From NCBI GenBank assembly GCA_018242085.1, contig JAFECO010000688.1, positions 1 to 41,202 of the forward strand: a DNA stretch of 41,202 bases. Direction: 5' to 3'. The notes under the pieces are model-generated. The model had not been told where the DNA came from. It did no database searches and saw only the letters and a program-made list of their open reading frames with translations. Of the stretch, positions 9,107-20,281 are shown piece by piece. Within the stretch, counting starts at the first letter, position 1, and the number at the start of each line of letters is the position of its first letter. Both the position numbers and the translations under genes were made by a program. Source of the stretch: Pseudomonadota bacterium. Lineage in GTDB: Bacteria; Pseudomonadota; Alphaproteobacteria; Micropepsales; Micropepsaceae.

Positions 9107-11740
9107 TTACTCGCCCGCCACCGGCTCCGGCTTTTTCTTCGCCTTCGCCGGAGTTTTCTTTTTTGCCGCCGCTTTCTTGGTCGCGGGCTTCTTGGCGGGC
9201 GCTTCGGCTTTCGCCGCTTTGGGCTTCGCCGCGGCTTTCTTTTTCTTCTTTTTGCCGCCGCCTTTGGCCGCGCGCTCCGCGATCAGCGCCAACGCCCGTT
9301 CCAAGGTGATCTCCATCGGGTCGTCGCCTTCCGGAATGGTGGCGTTGGTGTCGCCGTCGCTGACATAGGGGCCATAGCGGCCCTTCAACACCTTGATGGC
9401 GTTGCCGTCGCCGTCCTGGCCCAACTCCTTGAGCGCCTGCGGTCCGCGCCGGCCGCCGCCCTTGGCTTTCTTTTCCGCCAGGATGGTCACCGCATGATTG
9501 AGGCCGACGGTGAAGACATCGTCCGGCGATTCCAGGGAGGCGTATTTCCCGTCATGGGCGACGTAAGGCCCAAAGCGGCCGAAATTCGCCGTGATCATCT
9601 TGCCGTCTTCGGGATGGGCGCCGACTTCGCGGGGCAGGGACAAGAGCTTCACCGCAAATGCCAGATCGACGGCGGAAGGATCGGTGCCTTTGGGCAGGCC
9701 GGAACGTTTCGGCTTCTTGTCTTCGCCCAATTGCACATAGGGGCCGAAGCGCCCGGATCGCAAAGTGACCTGCTGATCGGTGCCGGGAAACAGGCCCAAC
9801 TCGCGCGGACCGGCATCGCCTTCGCCCGGCTTGGCGCCGATCTGGCGGGTGAATCGGCATTCTGGATAATTGGTGCAGCCCACAAAGGCGCCGAAGCGGC
9901 CCAGCTTCAGATTGAGGCGGCCATCGGCGCAGGCGGGGCATTTGCGGGGATCGACACCATCTTCGCCCGGCGGAAAAATGTGCGGACCCAGCACGGAATC
10001 GAGCTCGTCGATCACCTGGCTGATCTTGAGATCCTTGGTCTCGCCCACCGCGGCGGAGAAATTCTTCCAGAATTCCCGGAGCAGCTGCTTCCAGTTGAGA
10101 TCGCCGGCGGAGACTTCGTCCAGCTTCTCTTCCAGATCGGCCGTGAAGTCGTACGCGACATAGCGGGGGAAGAAGCTGATCAGGAAGGTGGTGACGAGAC
10201 GGCCTTTTTCTTCCGGATAGAAACGCGAACGGTCCATCCGCACATAGGCGCGGTCGCGCAAGGTGGAGAGGATGGTGGCATAGGTCGAAGGCCGGCCGAT
10301 GCCCAGCTCTTCCAGCTTGCGCACCAGGCTGGCTTCGGAATAGCGGGGCGGCGGTTCGGTGAAATGCTGCGCCGGCGTGACTTTTTCGACTTTGCCGGCA
10401 TCGCCCACCGCGACCTTGGGCAGTTTCGAGCCGTCCTCGTCCGACGCGTCGTCCTCGCCTTCCAGGTAAAGCGTAAGGAAGCCGTCGAACAAGGTAACCG
10501 TGCCGGTGGCGCGCAAGGTGATCTTCTTGTCGGCCGAGATCACATCGACGGTGGTGCGTTCCTGCTCGGCGCTTTCCATTTGGCTGGCGACGGCGCGCTT
10601 CCAGATCAGTTCGTAGAGACGGGCGGCATCGGCATCGAGATAGCGCGAGACCTCATCCGGCGTGCGGGCGAAGCTGGTGGGACGCACCGCTTCATGGGCT
10701 TCCTGGGCGTTCTTGGCCTTGCTGGTATAGACGCGGGCGGTTTGCGGAACGTAACGGGCGCCATATTTGCTGCCGATCACCTCACGGGCCTCGGCAATGG
10801 CTTCGGGCGCCATGGTGATGCCGTCGGTACGCATATAGGTGATCAGGCCGACGGTATCGCCGCCGATATCGGCGCCTTCATAGAGACCTTGGGCCACCTG
10901 CATGGTGCGCTTGGCGGCGAAACCCAGCTTGCGCGCGGCCTCCTGCTGCAAGGTCGAGGTGATGAAGGGCGGGGCGGGGTTGCGCTTGACCGGTTTGGCC
11001 TCGACGCTGCCGATGGCAAAGCGCTGCGCCTGGATCGCTTCGACCGCGCGCTTGGCGTCGGCCTCGTTGCCCAGCGACAGTTTTTCCAGCTTCTTGCCGT
11101 CGAGCTGAATGAGGCGGGCGGCGAAATCGCCCTTGGCGGTGGAGACATCGGCATCGATGCTCCAATACTCCTGGGGCTTGAAAGCCTCGATCTCGGCTTC
11201 GCGCTCCACCACCAGACGCAGCGCTACCGACTGCACCCGGCCCGCGGAACGGGCGCCCGGCAGTTTGCGCCACAGAACCGGCGACAGGGTAAAGCCGACC
11301 AGATAATCCAGCGCGCGGCGGGCGAGGTAGGCGTCCACCAGCTCCTGGTTGATTTCGCGGGGATGGGCGATGGCGTCCAGGATTGCGGATTTGGTCACCG
11401 CGTTGAACACCACCCGTTCGACCGGCATCTTGCCCAAGACATGCTTCTGCCGCAGCACTTCCAGTATGTGCCAGGAGATGGCTTCGCCTTCGCGGTCCGG
11501 GTCGGTGGCCAGGATCAGCTTGTCGGCGCCCTTCACGGCGCTGGCGATGTCCTTGATCTTGGATTGGGCGCGGGCGTCCACGTCCCACACCATCGAGAAA
11601 TCGTCATCGGGCTTTACCGAGCCGTCTTTGGATGGCAGGTCGCGGATATGGCCGAAGCTGGCCAGAACTTTATAGCCGCTGCCCAGATACTTATTGATGG
11701 TTTTGGCTTTGGCGGGTGACTCGACGACGAGAACGTTCAT
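9107..11740 (-). CDS. topA: DNA topoisomerase I
   Basis: VESPAKAK, ATDPDREGEAI, SAGRVQS, ITYMRTD, a Zn ribbon, GRFGPYV repeats and a Lys/Ala-rich tail. Confidence 0.98.
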   Translation of the reverse strand: MNVLVVESPAKAKTINKYLGSGYKVLASFGHIRDLPSKDGSVKPDDDFSMVWDVDARAQSKIKDIASAVKGADKLILATDPDREGEAISWHILEVLRQKHVLGKMPVERVVFNAVTKSAILDAIAHPREINQELVDAYLARRALDYLVGFTLSPVLWRKLPGARSAGRVQSVALRLVVEREAEIEAFKPQEYWSIDADVSTAKGDFAARLIQLDGKKLEKLSLGNEADAKRAVEAIQAQRFAIGSVEAKPVKRNPAPPFITSTLQQEAARKLGFAAKRTMQVAQGLYEGADIGGDTVGLITYMRTDGITMAPEAIAEAREVIGSKYGARYVPQTARVYTSKAKNAQEAHEAVRPTSFARTPDEVSRYLDADAARLYELIWKRAVASQMESAEQERTTVDVISADKKITLRATGTVTLFDGFLTLYLEGEDDASDEDGSKLPKVAVGDAGKVEKVTPAQHFTEPPPRYSEASLVRKLEELGIGRPSTYATILSTLRDRAYVRMDRSRFYPEEKGRLVTTFLISFFPRYVAYDFTADLEEKLDEVSAGDLNWKQLLREFWKNFSAAVGETKDLKISQVIDELDSVLGPHIFPPGEDGVDPRKCPACADGRLNLKLGRFGAFVGCTNYPECRFTRQIGAKPGEGDAGPRELGLFPGTDQQVTLRSGRFGPYVQLGEDKKPKRSGLPKGTDPSAVDLAFAVKLLSLPREVGAHPEDGKMITANFGRFGPYVAHDGKYASLESPDDVFTVGLNHAVTILAEKKAKGGGRRGPQALKELGQDGDGNAIKVLKGRYGPYVSDGDTNATIPEGDDPMEITLERALALIAERAAKGGGKKKKKKAAAKPKAAKAEAPAKKPATKKAAAKKKTPAKAKKKPEPVAGE

Positions 11741-12089
11741 ACCGGCTGCTTTTGACCTCTGGGGCGGCTTATCTGGGGTCGCGGAGCCGTGGGACAAGGC
11801 TGGGAACCGCGGAACAGAGCCTTTTTTGCAAAATGCGGCGGGACACTGATGGAAGGGGGATGAGCCTGTCAACGTCGGCCTGGGACCCCGGATAAAGCTT
11901 TTGGTTGAACAGTCCGCTAATACTACCAGTATGTAAAACTATAAGTTGTGTTTTACAGCGACTGCTCGTCAGGAAGTTTCCGTCGAAAACATTCGGTAAA
12001 ATCTTCCTCTTATCCGCCCGAAGGGAGCAAAACCCATCTTTGGGGGAACTTTTCTCCGGATTTATTTTGCCGTGGGCCCGTGAGCCGGC

Positions 12090-13208
12090 TCAGCATTCGG
12101 GCATATCGGCCCAGCTCACCCGGTTGCCCGGATGGCGCCGGCACCGTCCCGCCAGCTCCAATTCCAGAATCACGGTCAGGACCGCCGCCGGGGAGGCGCC
12201 AGTCTGGCGGATGATATCGTCGATGCCAACAGGGGCCACGCCCAACGCTTCTTCGATCCGGCTGCGCACGCGGTCGGCTTCCGCGTCCAGCTTGGCAACG
12301 TCCGCCGGAGCGACAGGCGCGCCCCCGTCCGGCTCGCCAAAGCCGCCCCCCAGGATCGGTCGCAACACCGCCAGCACATCGTCGGCATTTTCGATCAGGG
12401 TCGCGCCATCCTTGATCAGGCGATTGGGGCCTTTGGCGCGCGGATCGAGGGGCGAGCCGGGCACGGCGAAAATCTCGCGGTTCTGTTCCAGCGCATAATT
12501 GGCGGTGATCAGCGAACCGGAGCGCTCGGCCGCTTCCACCACGATGACGCCGCGTGCAAGACCTGAGATCAGCCGGTTGCGCCGGGGAAAGTGCCGCGCC
12601 TGGGGCGCTTCGCCCAAAGGCATTTCGGAAATCACCGCGCCTTGCCGGGCGATGGCGCGATAGAGCGCTTCGTTTTCCGGCGGATAAATGATGTCCACGC
12701 CACCGGCCACCACGGCCACGGTGCCGCGCTCCAGCCCGGCTTCGTGCGCCGCGGAATCAATTCCGCGCGCCAGGCCGGAGGCGATGACCAGACCGGCCTC
12801 GCCCAGATCGCGCGACAGGATCTGCGCGAATTTGCGGGCCAAGGCAGACGCATTGCGGGCGCCCACCACCGCGATCATGTTTTTTTGCAGCAGGTGGATA
12901 TTGCCAATCACCGAAATGAGCGGCGGCTTGGGCGCGAGCGCGGCAAGACCGGGCGGAAAATCCTCTTCGCAGGCGGCGATCAGGCGCCCGCCCAGTTTTT
13001 CCAGGCCTTCGATCTCGCGTTCGGCTTCGCCTTCCGGCGGCAGGACGAAATTCTTCGCCCCACCACGCTCAGCCATGCGGGGAATTTCCTTCAATGCGGC
13101 GGAAGCACTGCCGAAGCGGGCGACGAGATTTGCGAAGGCGACCGGCCCGATATTGTGGGTGCGCGCCAGCCGCAGCCAGGCCAGGCGTTCGCGATCGCCA
13201 AGGATCAT
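12090..13208 (-). CDS. dprA: DNA-processing protein DprA
   Basis: VVGAR, SGLARGID, FPRRNRLISGL, EAAERSGSLITA, FAVPGSP. Confidence 0.96.
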   Translation of the reverse strand: MILGDRERLAWLRLARTHNIGPVAFANLVARFGSASAALKEIPRMAERGGAKNFVLPPEGEAEREIEGLEKLGGRLIAACEEDFPPGLAALAPKPPLISVIGNIHLLQKNMIAVVGARNASALARKFAQILSRDLGEAGLVIASGLARGIDSAAHEAGLERGTVAVVAGGVDIIYPPENEALYRAIARQGAVISEMPLGEAPQARHFPRRNRLISGLARGVIVVEAAERSGSLITANYALEQNREIFAVPGSPLDPRAKGPNRLIKDGATLIENADDVLAVLRPILGGGFGEPDGGAPVAPADVAKLDAEADRVRSRIEEALGVAPVGIDDIIRQTGASPAAVLTVILELELAGRCRRHPGNRVSWADMPEC

Positions 13209-13807
13209 TTTGCCCCGATGCGCGGTTCTTTGCCGGCAAGCAGGCGGCGGATGTTTTCGCGATGCATGAAGAAAATCAGCACCGCCAGAAGAAGGGCGAG
13301 CGGCGCATAATCCTTGTGCCCGATCAGGGAGAAAAATACCGGCGACAGCGCGATCGCAACCAGCGCGGAAAGCGAGGAAATGCGCCAGACAGCAGCCGCC
13401 AGAAGCCAGGTGCCGGCCACCAGCAATCCGGCAAGCCAGGAAAGCGCGAAGGTGACGCCGAGAAAAGCCGCAACCCCTTTGCCGCCTTTGAAGCCCAGCC
13501 ACACGGGAAAAACATGACCCAGCACGGCGGCGAGGGCGGCGAAAATCTCGCATCCCGGCGGCAGCAAGCTCCGCGCGATCAGAACGGCGGCGACACCTTT
13601 CAAGCCGTCACACAGCAACGTCGCGGCGGCCGCCCATTTCTTGCCGGTGCGCAGGACATTGGTGGCGCCGATATTGCCCGAACCGATCTTGCGCACATCG
13701 CCTGCGCCGGAGGCGAAAGCGAAGAAAAGCCCGAACGGGATCGACCCCAGAACATATCCCAGGAGCAGGGCTTCAAGCGCGGAAGTGAGGGAAAGCGAAC
13801 CGACCAT
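13205..13807 (-). CDS. plsY: Glycerol-3-phosphate acyltransferase PlsY
   Basis: GSGNIGATN, GHVFP..GFKGGKGVA, HRENIRRL. Confidence 0.97.
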   Translation of the reverse strand: MVGSLSLTSALEALLLGYVLGSIPFGLFFAFASGAGDVRKIGSGNIGATNVLRTGKKWAAAATLLCDGLKGVAAVLIARSLLPPGCEIFAALAAVLGHVFPVWLGFKGGKGVAAFLGVTFALSWLAGLLVAGTWLLAAAVWRISSLSALVAIALSPVFFSLIGHKDYAPLALLLAVLIFFMHRENIRRLLAGKEPRIGAK

Positions 13808-13855
13808 TGCCGGCGACGATAGGCAAGTTCCGGGCGTAAATCTATCGGCTGCGTG

Positions 13856-15169
13856 TCAATCGACCCGCGAGAAAACACACTCGCCGCCAACAAAGGTCAT
13901 CTGGGCACGGCCCTGGAATTTGCGGCCTTCAAAGGCGGTGTTGCGGGCCCTGGAATGCAATGCCCGTTCGTCCACCACAAAGGGTTCGTCGATGTCGATC
14001 AGGGCCAGGTCGGCGGGCGCGCCCTTGGCCAGGCGTCCCCCGGGCAGGCCGAGCAGCTTGGCCGGGGCGATCGTCAGCGACGCCAATATTCGCATCAGAT
14101 CGGCATCGCCATTGTGGTGCAGGTTGAGAGCGGCAGGCAGGAGGGTCTCAAGTCCCACCGCACCAAAGGCGGCAGAGGCGAAGGTCTGGCGCTTGGTATC
14201 CGCGCCCTGGGGCTCGTGGCTGGAGACGATCACATCGATGGTGCCGTTGGCCACGCCTTCGACCATGGCGGCGCGGTCGGTCTCGGCACGCAGCGGCGGT
14301 TTCACTTTGCGGAAAGTGTAATAAGCGCCCACATCCAATTCGTTCAGCAGAAGGTGATGGGCGGAGACGCCGCAGGTGATGGGAAGGCCTTTGGCCTTGG
14401 CCGCGGCGATGGCATCCAGCGCGGCGCGTGTCGAAATCTGCCCGAAGTGGTAACGCGCGCCGGTCAACTCGACCAGGCGGATGTCCCGTTCCACGATGAT
14501 GGCTTCGGCCAGTGCCGGGGCGGCAGGCAGGCCCAATCGTGTCGCGAATTCGCTTTCGGTGGAGGCGGCGCCTTGCACCAGTTCGGGATCTTCCGCATGG
14601 CCGGCCACCAATGCGTCGAAGGTCGCCGCATAGGACAGCGCGCGCCGCATCACCCGCGCATTGGCCACCGTGCGGTCGCCATCGGTGAAGGCAACCGCGC
14701 CCGCCTCTTGCAGCAGGCCGATCTCGGTCATGGTTTCGCCCGCCAGGCGCTGGGTGAGGGCGGCCATCGGGGCGACATTCACCTTGGCGGTGGCCTGGGC
14801 GCGGCGGCGGATGAAATCCACCAGCGACGGCTCGTCGATCACCGGATTGGTATTGGGCATGGTGACGATGGTGGTCACCCCGCCTGCCGCCGCGGCGTCA
14901 CTGGCCGATGCCAGGGTCTCGCGATGCTCGCTGCCCGGCTCGCCCGTGAAGACGCGGCAATCGATCAAGCCGGGTGCCAGAACCAGGCCGCGGCAATCGA
15001 TGATTTCCGGATCGCGTGGCTCGGCGTCATTGAACAGGCGCGGGCCGATATCGGCGATGCGCCCATTCTCGACCAGAAGCCCGCCCTTGATATCAAATCC
15101 GGACGCCGGATCGATCAGCCGGGCATTGCGGAAGGCGAGGCGGCCGCTTTTTCCGTTGGGGACAGTCAT
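13856..15169 (-). CDS. pyrC: Dihydroorotase-like protein, probably catalytically inactive PyrC'
   Basis: DHOase fold (APGLID, MPNTNP, KVKPPLR) but DCRVF replaces DxHxH and SSHEP replaces TDHAP. Confidence 0.9.
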   Translation of the reverse strand: MTVPNGKSGRLAFRNARLIDPASGFDIKGGLLVENGRIADIGPRLFNDAEPRDPEIIDCRGLVLAPGLIDCRVFTGEPGSEHRETLASASDAAAAGGVTTIVTMPNTNPVIDEPSLVDFIRRRAQATAKVNVAPMAALTQRLAGETMTEIGLLQEAGAVAFTDGDRTVANARVMRRALSYAATFDALVAGHAEDPELVQGAASTESEFATRLGLPAAPALAEAIIVERDIRLVELTGARYHFGQISTRAALDAIAAAKAKGLPITCGVSAHHLLLNELDVGAYYTFRKVKPPLRAETDRAAMVEGVANGTIDVIVSSHEPQGADTKRQTFASAAFGAVGLETLLPAALNLHHNGDADLMRILASLTIAPAKLLGLPGGRLAKGAPADLALIDIDEPFVVDERALHSRARNTAFEGRKFQGRAQMTFVGGECVFSRVD

Positions 15170-16113
15170 GACAATCCCCTGGCAAGTGCGTCCAGAACCG
15201 CCATGCGGATCGCGACGCCCATTTCCACCTGTTCGGAGATGAGGCTGACGTCCAGATCGTCGGCGATATCGGAAGCGATCTCCACGCCCCGGTTCATCGG
15301 ACCGGGATGCATCACCAGCGCGCCGGATTTGGCGCAACTGAGTTTTTCGCGGTCCAGGCCATAGAAGCGGAAATATTCCCGCGTCGAGGGCACAAAGGCG
15401 CCGCTCATCCGCTCCAACTGCAGGCGCAGCATCATCACGATGTCGACCCCGGCCAGGCCCTGTTTCATGTCGGTGAAGATGTCCACGCCGAAGCGTTCCG
15501 CCTCGCAGGGAAGTAACGTGCGGGGCGCGATCAGGCGCACCCGCGCGCCCAGCATCGCCAGAAGGCGAATGTTGGAGCGGGCCACCCGCGAATGCAGGAT
15601 GTCGCCGCAGATCGCCACCGTCAGGCCTTCGATCCGTCCCGTCCGGCGGCGGATGGTGAGCGCATCCAAGAGGGCTTGGGTGGGGTGCTCATGGGCGCCA
15701 TCCCCGGCATTGATCACGCTGCAATCCAGTTTGCGCGACAGAAGTTCGGCGGCGCCCGAATCTTGATGGCGCACCACCAATATGTCGGGCCGCATCGCGT
15801 TGAGGGTGGAGGCGGTGTCGATCAAGGTCTCGCCCTTGGAGACCGAGGAGGTCTTGACCGACATATTGAGAACGTCGGCGCCCAGCCTTTTGCCCGCCAG
15901 TTCGAAGCTGGACTGGGTGCGGGTGGAGGCTTCGAAGAAAAGATTGATCAGGGTGCGGCCCTTGAGCAAGGCGGCCTTTTTGTTGGCGGCCCGGCTCTGC
16001 GCCACATAGCTTTCGCCAAGATCGAGCAGGCCCGTGACTTCCGGCGCGGAAAGGCCTTCGATCCCAAGCAAATGGCTTGTCTTCAGGATCGGGGAAGGAC
16101 TGGGTGATGTCAT
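15166..16113 (-). CDS. pyrB: Aspartate carbamoyltransferase catalytic subunit
   Basis: [34 protein letters not shown]. Confidence 0.98.
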   Translation of the reverse strand: MTSPSPSPILKTSHLLGIEGLSAPEVTGLLDLGESYVAQSRAANKKAALLKGRTLINLFFEASTRTQSSFELAGKRLGADVLNMSVKTSSVSKGETLIDTASTLNAMRPDILVVRHQDSGAAELLSRKLDCSVINAGDGAHEHPTQALLDALTIRRRTGRIEGLTVAICGDILHSRVARSNIRLLAMLGARVRLIAPRTLLPCEAERFGVDIFTDMKQGLAGVDIVMMLRLQLERMSGAFVPSTREYFRFYGLDREKLSCAKSGALVMHPGPMNRGVEIASDIADDLDVSLISEQVEMGVAIRMAVLDALARGLS

Positions 16114-16171
16114 TAAAGCCCGGTGTATAGAGGTGGATTTTCGCGGCGGCAAGTCCTGTTTGCCGCCTCGG

Positions 16172-17455
16172 TTAAGCAGTCATGTCTTCCAGGGATTTTC
16201 CCGCCGGTTCGGGCAAGAACAGGATCGCGGCCAGGGTGATGGGCACGCTCACCAGCAGGGCCTGGATCGCCGGGCCGTGTCCCTGGAAATGGTTGTAAAG
16301 AACGCCTTCCAGCGCCAGGGCGGCCGCGCCGCCCAGAAGTTCGACCAGATAGCGCAGGCCGGAAACCGTGGCGCGGTATCGCGTGGGCACGATCTCCATG
16401 GCGAAGCCCGCGAGCAAGGCGTCGCCCGCGAAAAAACCGAAGAAGGAGAGCACCCAGAGAGGGGGCAGGAAAAAGCCCGGTACCTGGGCATAAAACAGCG
16501 CGAAGGAGATTGCCGCGAACGTCACCACCGCCAGGGTCACGGGCTTGCGTCCGACGCGATCGCTGAGGCGGCCCGTCAGGATGGTGAGCACCAGTCCGAT
16601 CAGACCGCCGGGGATGAACAGCAGGGTGACCTGACCGGGGGTATAGCCATGCGCGGTTTGCAGATATTTGGACGACAGCACCGTGGCGGCGGATACGCCG
16701 AAACCGAAAGCGGCGACGGCGGCCAGGATGGCGGCGATGCGGCCGGGATATTGCCGCGCCAGATCGCGCAGCAGGCCAACGGTTTCGGCAAATTTCGAGC
16801 GGGTGCTCGCCAGGCCTTCCTGAACCGCGAACCGTTCGGTTTCCGGCAACCGCCGGCGCAGATAGGCGACCAGGAATAAGGGAAGCGCGCCGATCACATA
16901 GATCGCGCGCCAGCCATAGGGCAGGAAATTGACCGCCGCGAAAATCAAGGAGGCGATGCCGGCGCCAGTATAATTCATCGCGCTCAAGGCGCCGCTGGCC
17001 CAGCCGCGCGAAGCCGCCGCCACTTCCTCGGCGATCACCACGAAACACAGCATCTCTTCGGCGTAGCCGAAGGCCCGGGTGCAGAATTGCGCCCAGAGAA
17101 ACTGGTTGGCATTGCCGGCGAATGAGGTTGCCAAGGTGGCGATCGCCTGGCCCAGGATCGTGAACAGCAACAGGCGCCGCCGTCCCACCAGGTCGGCGGA
17201 AGCGCAGATCAGCATGGCGACAAAGGCGGCCATGCGGAAATAAGCGACGATCAGCGCGACCTGGTCTTCGGGAATCTGAAAGCTGGCCTGGATCTGGGGA
17301 ATCGCCAGGCCATAGACGTTCAAATCGTAACCGGCGAAGAGCGCCGCAGCGCCAACCAGCAGAAAAACCCGTTCCTGCCGCCAGACCATCGCCACTGGCG
17401 GACGCAATCCCGGCGGCAGCCACAAAAACCGGGCGGGCGCGGAATCGTCCCTCAT
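16172..17455 (-). CDS. MFS transporter
   Basis: Motif A in both halves (ADLVGRR, SDRVGRK), [17 protein letters not shown] and many hydrophobic segments. ATGA overlap with ruvX. Confidence 0.9.
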   Translation of the reverse strand: MRDDSAPARFLWLPPGLRPPVAMVWRQERVFLLVGAAALFAGYDLNVYGLAIPQIQASFQIPEDQVALIVAYFRMAAFVAMLICASADLVGRRRLLLFTILGQAIATLATSFAGNANQFLWAQFCTRAFGYAEEMLCFVVIAEEVAAASRGWASGALSAMNYTGAGIASLIFAAVNFLPYGWRAIYVIGALPLFLVAYLRRRLPETERFAVQEGLASTRSKFAETVGLLRDLARQYPGRIAAILAAVAAFGFGVSAATVLSSKYLQTAHGYTPGQVTLLFIPGGLIGLVLTILTGRLSDRVGRKPVTLAVVTFAAISFALFYAQVPGFFLPPLWVLSFFGFFAGDALLAGFAMEIVPTRYRATVSGLRYLVELLGGAAALALEGVLYNHFQGHGPAIQALLVSVPITLAAILFLPEPAGKSLEDMTA

Positions 17456-17925
17456 GCCGGGCCGGCTTTGAGGCGGCGCAGCCGGTCCAAAGCGCCTTGC
17501 AGGATGTAGGCCGCCGCCATCTTGTCCACCACTTCGCCCCGCCTTTTGCGGGAGGCATCGGCGTCGAGCAGGGTTCGGGTCACCGCCATGGTGGAGAGCC
17601 GCTCGTCCCAGAAGATCAGGGGCAAGGCGCTGCGGTTCACCCAATTGCGGCCAAAGGCGCGGGCCGACTGGGCGGATGGTCCATCGGAACCATCCATGTT
17701 CAAGGGCAGGCCCACCACCAGGCCGCCAATGCCGTGCTCACTTATTATAATGTCCAGCCGGGCCGCATCGGCGGCAAATTTGCCCCGTTTCAGGGTTTCC
17801 ATGGGGGTCGCCACCATCAGCAGCCGGTCGGACAGGGCCAGGCCGATGGTCTTTTCCCCCAGATCCAGCCCCAGAAGCCGGGCGTCTGGGGCAAGGGCCA
17901 GGCGGTCCAATTCCACAACCGCCAT
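17452..17925 (-). CDS. ruvX: YqgF/RuvX pre-16S rRNA nuclease
   Basis: [43 protein letters not shown]. Confidence 0.96.
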   Translation of the reverse strand: MAVVELDRLALAPDARLLGLDLGEKTIGLALSDRLLMVATPMETLKRGKFAADAARLDIIISEHGIGGLVVGLPLNMDGSDGPSAQSARAFGRNWVNRSALPLIFWDERLSTMAVTRTLLDADASRKRRGEVVDKMAAAYILQGALDRLRRLKAGPA

Positions 17926-18039
17926 TTTTTGGTCCCCGCCTTCTTTTTCATCGCTCCAGCCCGGCGCCGCGCGCGCTTGCCAGTCCGGCCCCTGATTGCT
18001 AGCAAGTCCGGCGTTTTTCTAACAGATCGGGAGGCCCAA

Positions 18040-18327
18040 ATGTCCGTCGATAAGGACACCGTGCGGCGCATCGCCAGGCTGGCCCGGCTGGCTGTGCCCG
18101 AAGCCCGGCTGGAACCCATGGCCGGCGAACTGAACGGCATTTTCCAGTGGGTGGAGATGCTGAATGAAGTCGATGTCGAAGGCGTGCCCGCCATGACTTC
18201 GGTGGTCGCCCAGAAGCTGAAATGGCGCCAGGATGCGGTGACCGATGGCGGCGTCGCGGACGCTTTGATGCAGAATGCGCCGGAGCGGGAAGACACATTT
18301 TTCGTGGTTCCCAAGGTGGTGGAATGA
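18040..18327 (+). CDS. gatC: Asp/Glu-tRNA amidotransferase subunit C
   Basis: MSVDKDTVRRIARLARL...NAP...FFVVPKVVE; SD GGAGG. Confidence 0.96.
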   Translation: MSVDKDTVRRIARLARLAVPEARLEPMAGELNGIFQWVEMLNEVDVEGVPAMTSVVAQKLKWRQDAVTDGGVADALMQNAPEREDTFFVVPKVVE

Positions 18328-18797
18328 GCGTCGGCATCGCCGTCGAAACACCCCTGTCGGACGATGTGCGGCGGCTAGTGGCGGCGCTCAACGAAACCGC
18401 GCTCAAACTGACGCCGCGCGAATTCAGCCACCATCTGACGGTCGAGCAGATGGCCGGGCCGGACATGACATTGTTCGTGGCGCGCGCTGATGGTGAAGCC
18501 GTGGGCATGGGCGCGCTCCGCCGTCACCCCGGCAATATCGGCGAAGTCAAACGCATGTACACGATGCCGGCGCATCAAGGCCGGGGCATCGGCGGGCGCA
18601 TCCTGGGTGAAATCGAAGCTCTGGCGCGCCGCGAAGGATTGACCTCGCTGGTGCTGGAAACCGGCAACAATTTCGACGCCGCCTTGCATGTCTATCGGCG
18701 CGACGGCTTCCGCGAATGCGGGCCGGTGCTGGATTATCCGCCGACGCCCTTTACCGCCTTTTTCGAGAAGCCTCTTTCCATCAGCGTGTCCGCATGA
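18324..18797 (+). CDS. GNAT acetyltransferase (YsnE/YedL-like)
   Basis: [14 protein letters not shown] acetyl-CoA motif, LVLETG. Confidence 0.92.
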   Translation: MSVGIAVETPLSDDVRRLVAALNETALKLTPREFSHHLTVEQMAGPDMTLFVARADGEAVGMGALRRHPGNIGEVKRMYTMPAHQGRGIGGRILGEIEALARREGLTSLVLETGNNFDAALHVYRRDGFRECGPVLDYPPTPFTAFFEKPLSISVSA

Positions 18798-20281
18798 GCG
18801 ATCTGAATTCCATGACCTTGGCCGAGGCGCGCGATGCGCTGAAGGCCAAGAAACTCTCCTCCACCGAACTCACCACCGCGCTGGTCCGTTCGGTCGAACA
18901 ATCGCGCGGGCTGAACGCCTTCGTCACCGAAACCCCGGACCGTGCCATGGCGATGGCGGCGGCCTCCGATGCGCGGCTGGCGAAAGGCGAGGGCGGGGCC
19001 TTGGAAGGCCTGCCGCTGGCGATCAAAGACCTGTTCTGCACCAAGGGCGTCAAGACCACGGCCGGCAGCCGGATCCTGGGCAATTTCGTGCCGCCCTATG
19101 AATCCACCGTGACCCAGAATCTGTGGAACGCGGGCGCGGTGATGCTGGGCAAGACCAACATGGACGAATTCGCCATGGGTTCGTCCAACGAAACCTCGGC
19201 CGCTGGTCCGGTGTTCAACCCCTGGCGCGCCAAGAACAGCAACGCCAATCTGGTTCCGGGCGGCTCGTCCGGCGGCTCGGCCGCCGCGGTTTCGGGCGAT
19301 CTGTGCCTCGCGGCCACCGGCACCGACACCGGCGGTTCGATCCGCCAGCCGGCGGCCGTCACCGGCACGGTGGGCCTGAAGCCAACTTACGGCCGCTGCT
19401 CGCGCTTCGGCATTGTCGCTTTCGCGTCGTCGCTGGATCAGGCCGGGCCCATGACCAAGACGGTGCGGGATGCCGCGATCATGCTGGGCAGCATGGCGAG
19501 TGTGGATGCCAAGGATTCCACCAGCGTCGATGTCCCGGTTCCCGATTATGAAAAATTGCTGGAAGGCGGCATCAAGGGCCTCAAGGTCGGCATTCCAAAA
19601 GAATACCGCATCGATGGCGTGCCCGCGGATATCGGCGGGCTGTGGGACAAGGGAGCGGCCTGGCTGAAGGCGCAGGGCGCGGAGATCGTGGAAGTCTCGC
19701 TGCCCCACACCAAATATGCCCTGCCCACTTATTACATCGTGGCCCCGGCGGAAGCCTCGTCGAACCTGGCCCGCTATGACGGCGTGCGCTTCGGCCATCG
19801 CACCAGCGACAGCATCCATGACATCACCGAGCTTTACGAGAAAAGCCGGGCCGAAGGCTTCGGCGCCGAAGTGCAGCGCCGCATCCTGATCGGCACCTAT
19901 GTGCTCTCGGCGGGCTATTACGACGCCTATTACGCCAGGGCCCAGAAGCTGCGGACCTTGATCAAGCGCGATTTCGACAAGGCGTTCGAAAGCTGCGATG
20001 TGCTTCTGACCCCTGCCACGCCGGGGCCGGCCTTCGGGGTGGGGGAAAAGACCTCGGACCCGGTGTCGATGTACCTGAACGACGTCTTCACGGTGACGGT
20101 CAATCTGGCCGGGCTGCCGGGCCTTTCGGTCCCTGCCGGGCTCACCGACAACGGCTTGCCGCTGGGGCTTCAGCTGATCGGCAAGGCGTTCGATGAAGGC
20201 ACGGTGCTGCGCGCGGGCCTTGCCATCGAACAGGCGGCCGATTTCCGCCACAAACCCGCCAACTGGTGGAGGTCCGCATGA
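18794..20281 (+). CDS. gatA: Asp/Glu-tRNA amidotransferase subunit A
   Basis: [48 protein letters not shown]. Confidence 0.98.
   Translation: MSDLNSMTLAEARDALKAKKLSSTELTTALVRSVEQSRGLNAFVTETPDRAMAMAAASDARLAKGEGGALEGLPLAIKDLFCTKGVKTTAGSRILGNFVPPYESTVTQNLWNAGAVMLGKTNMDEFAMGSSNETSAAGPVFNPWRAKNSNANLVPGGSSGGSAAAVSGDLCLAATGTDTGGSIRQPAAVTGTVGLKPTYGRCSRFGIVAFASSLDQAGPMTKTVRDAAIMLGSMASVDAKDSTSVDVPVPDYEKLLEGGIKGLKVGIPKEYRIDGVPADIGGLWDKGAAWLKAQGAEIVEVSLPHTKYALPTYYIVAPAEASSNLARYDGVRFGHRTSDSIHDITELYEKSRAEGFGAEVQRRILIGTYVLSAGYYDAYYARAQKLRTLIKRDFDKAFESCDVLLTPATPGPAFGVGEKTSDPVSMYLNDVFTVTVNLAGLPGLSVPAGLTDNGLPLGLQLIGKAFDEGTVLRAGLAIEQAADFRHKPANWWRSA

Noticed and set aside
9107-9270. Lys/Ala-rich low-complexity TopA tail
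   Set aside because: This is a common feature of alphaproteobacterial and actinobacterial TopA.
7955-11719. 1254-aa plus-strand ORF, and similar long ORFs at 3854-4996, 13853-15364, 18734-20308 and 24007-25782
   Set aside because: They are antisense shadows of clear housekeeping genes in GC-rich DNA and contain no recognisable domains.
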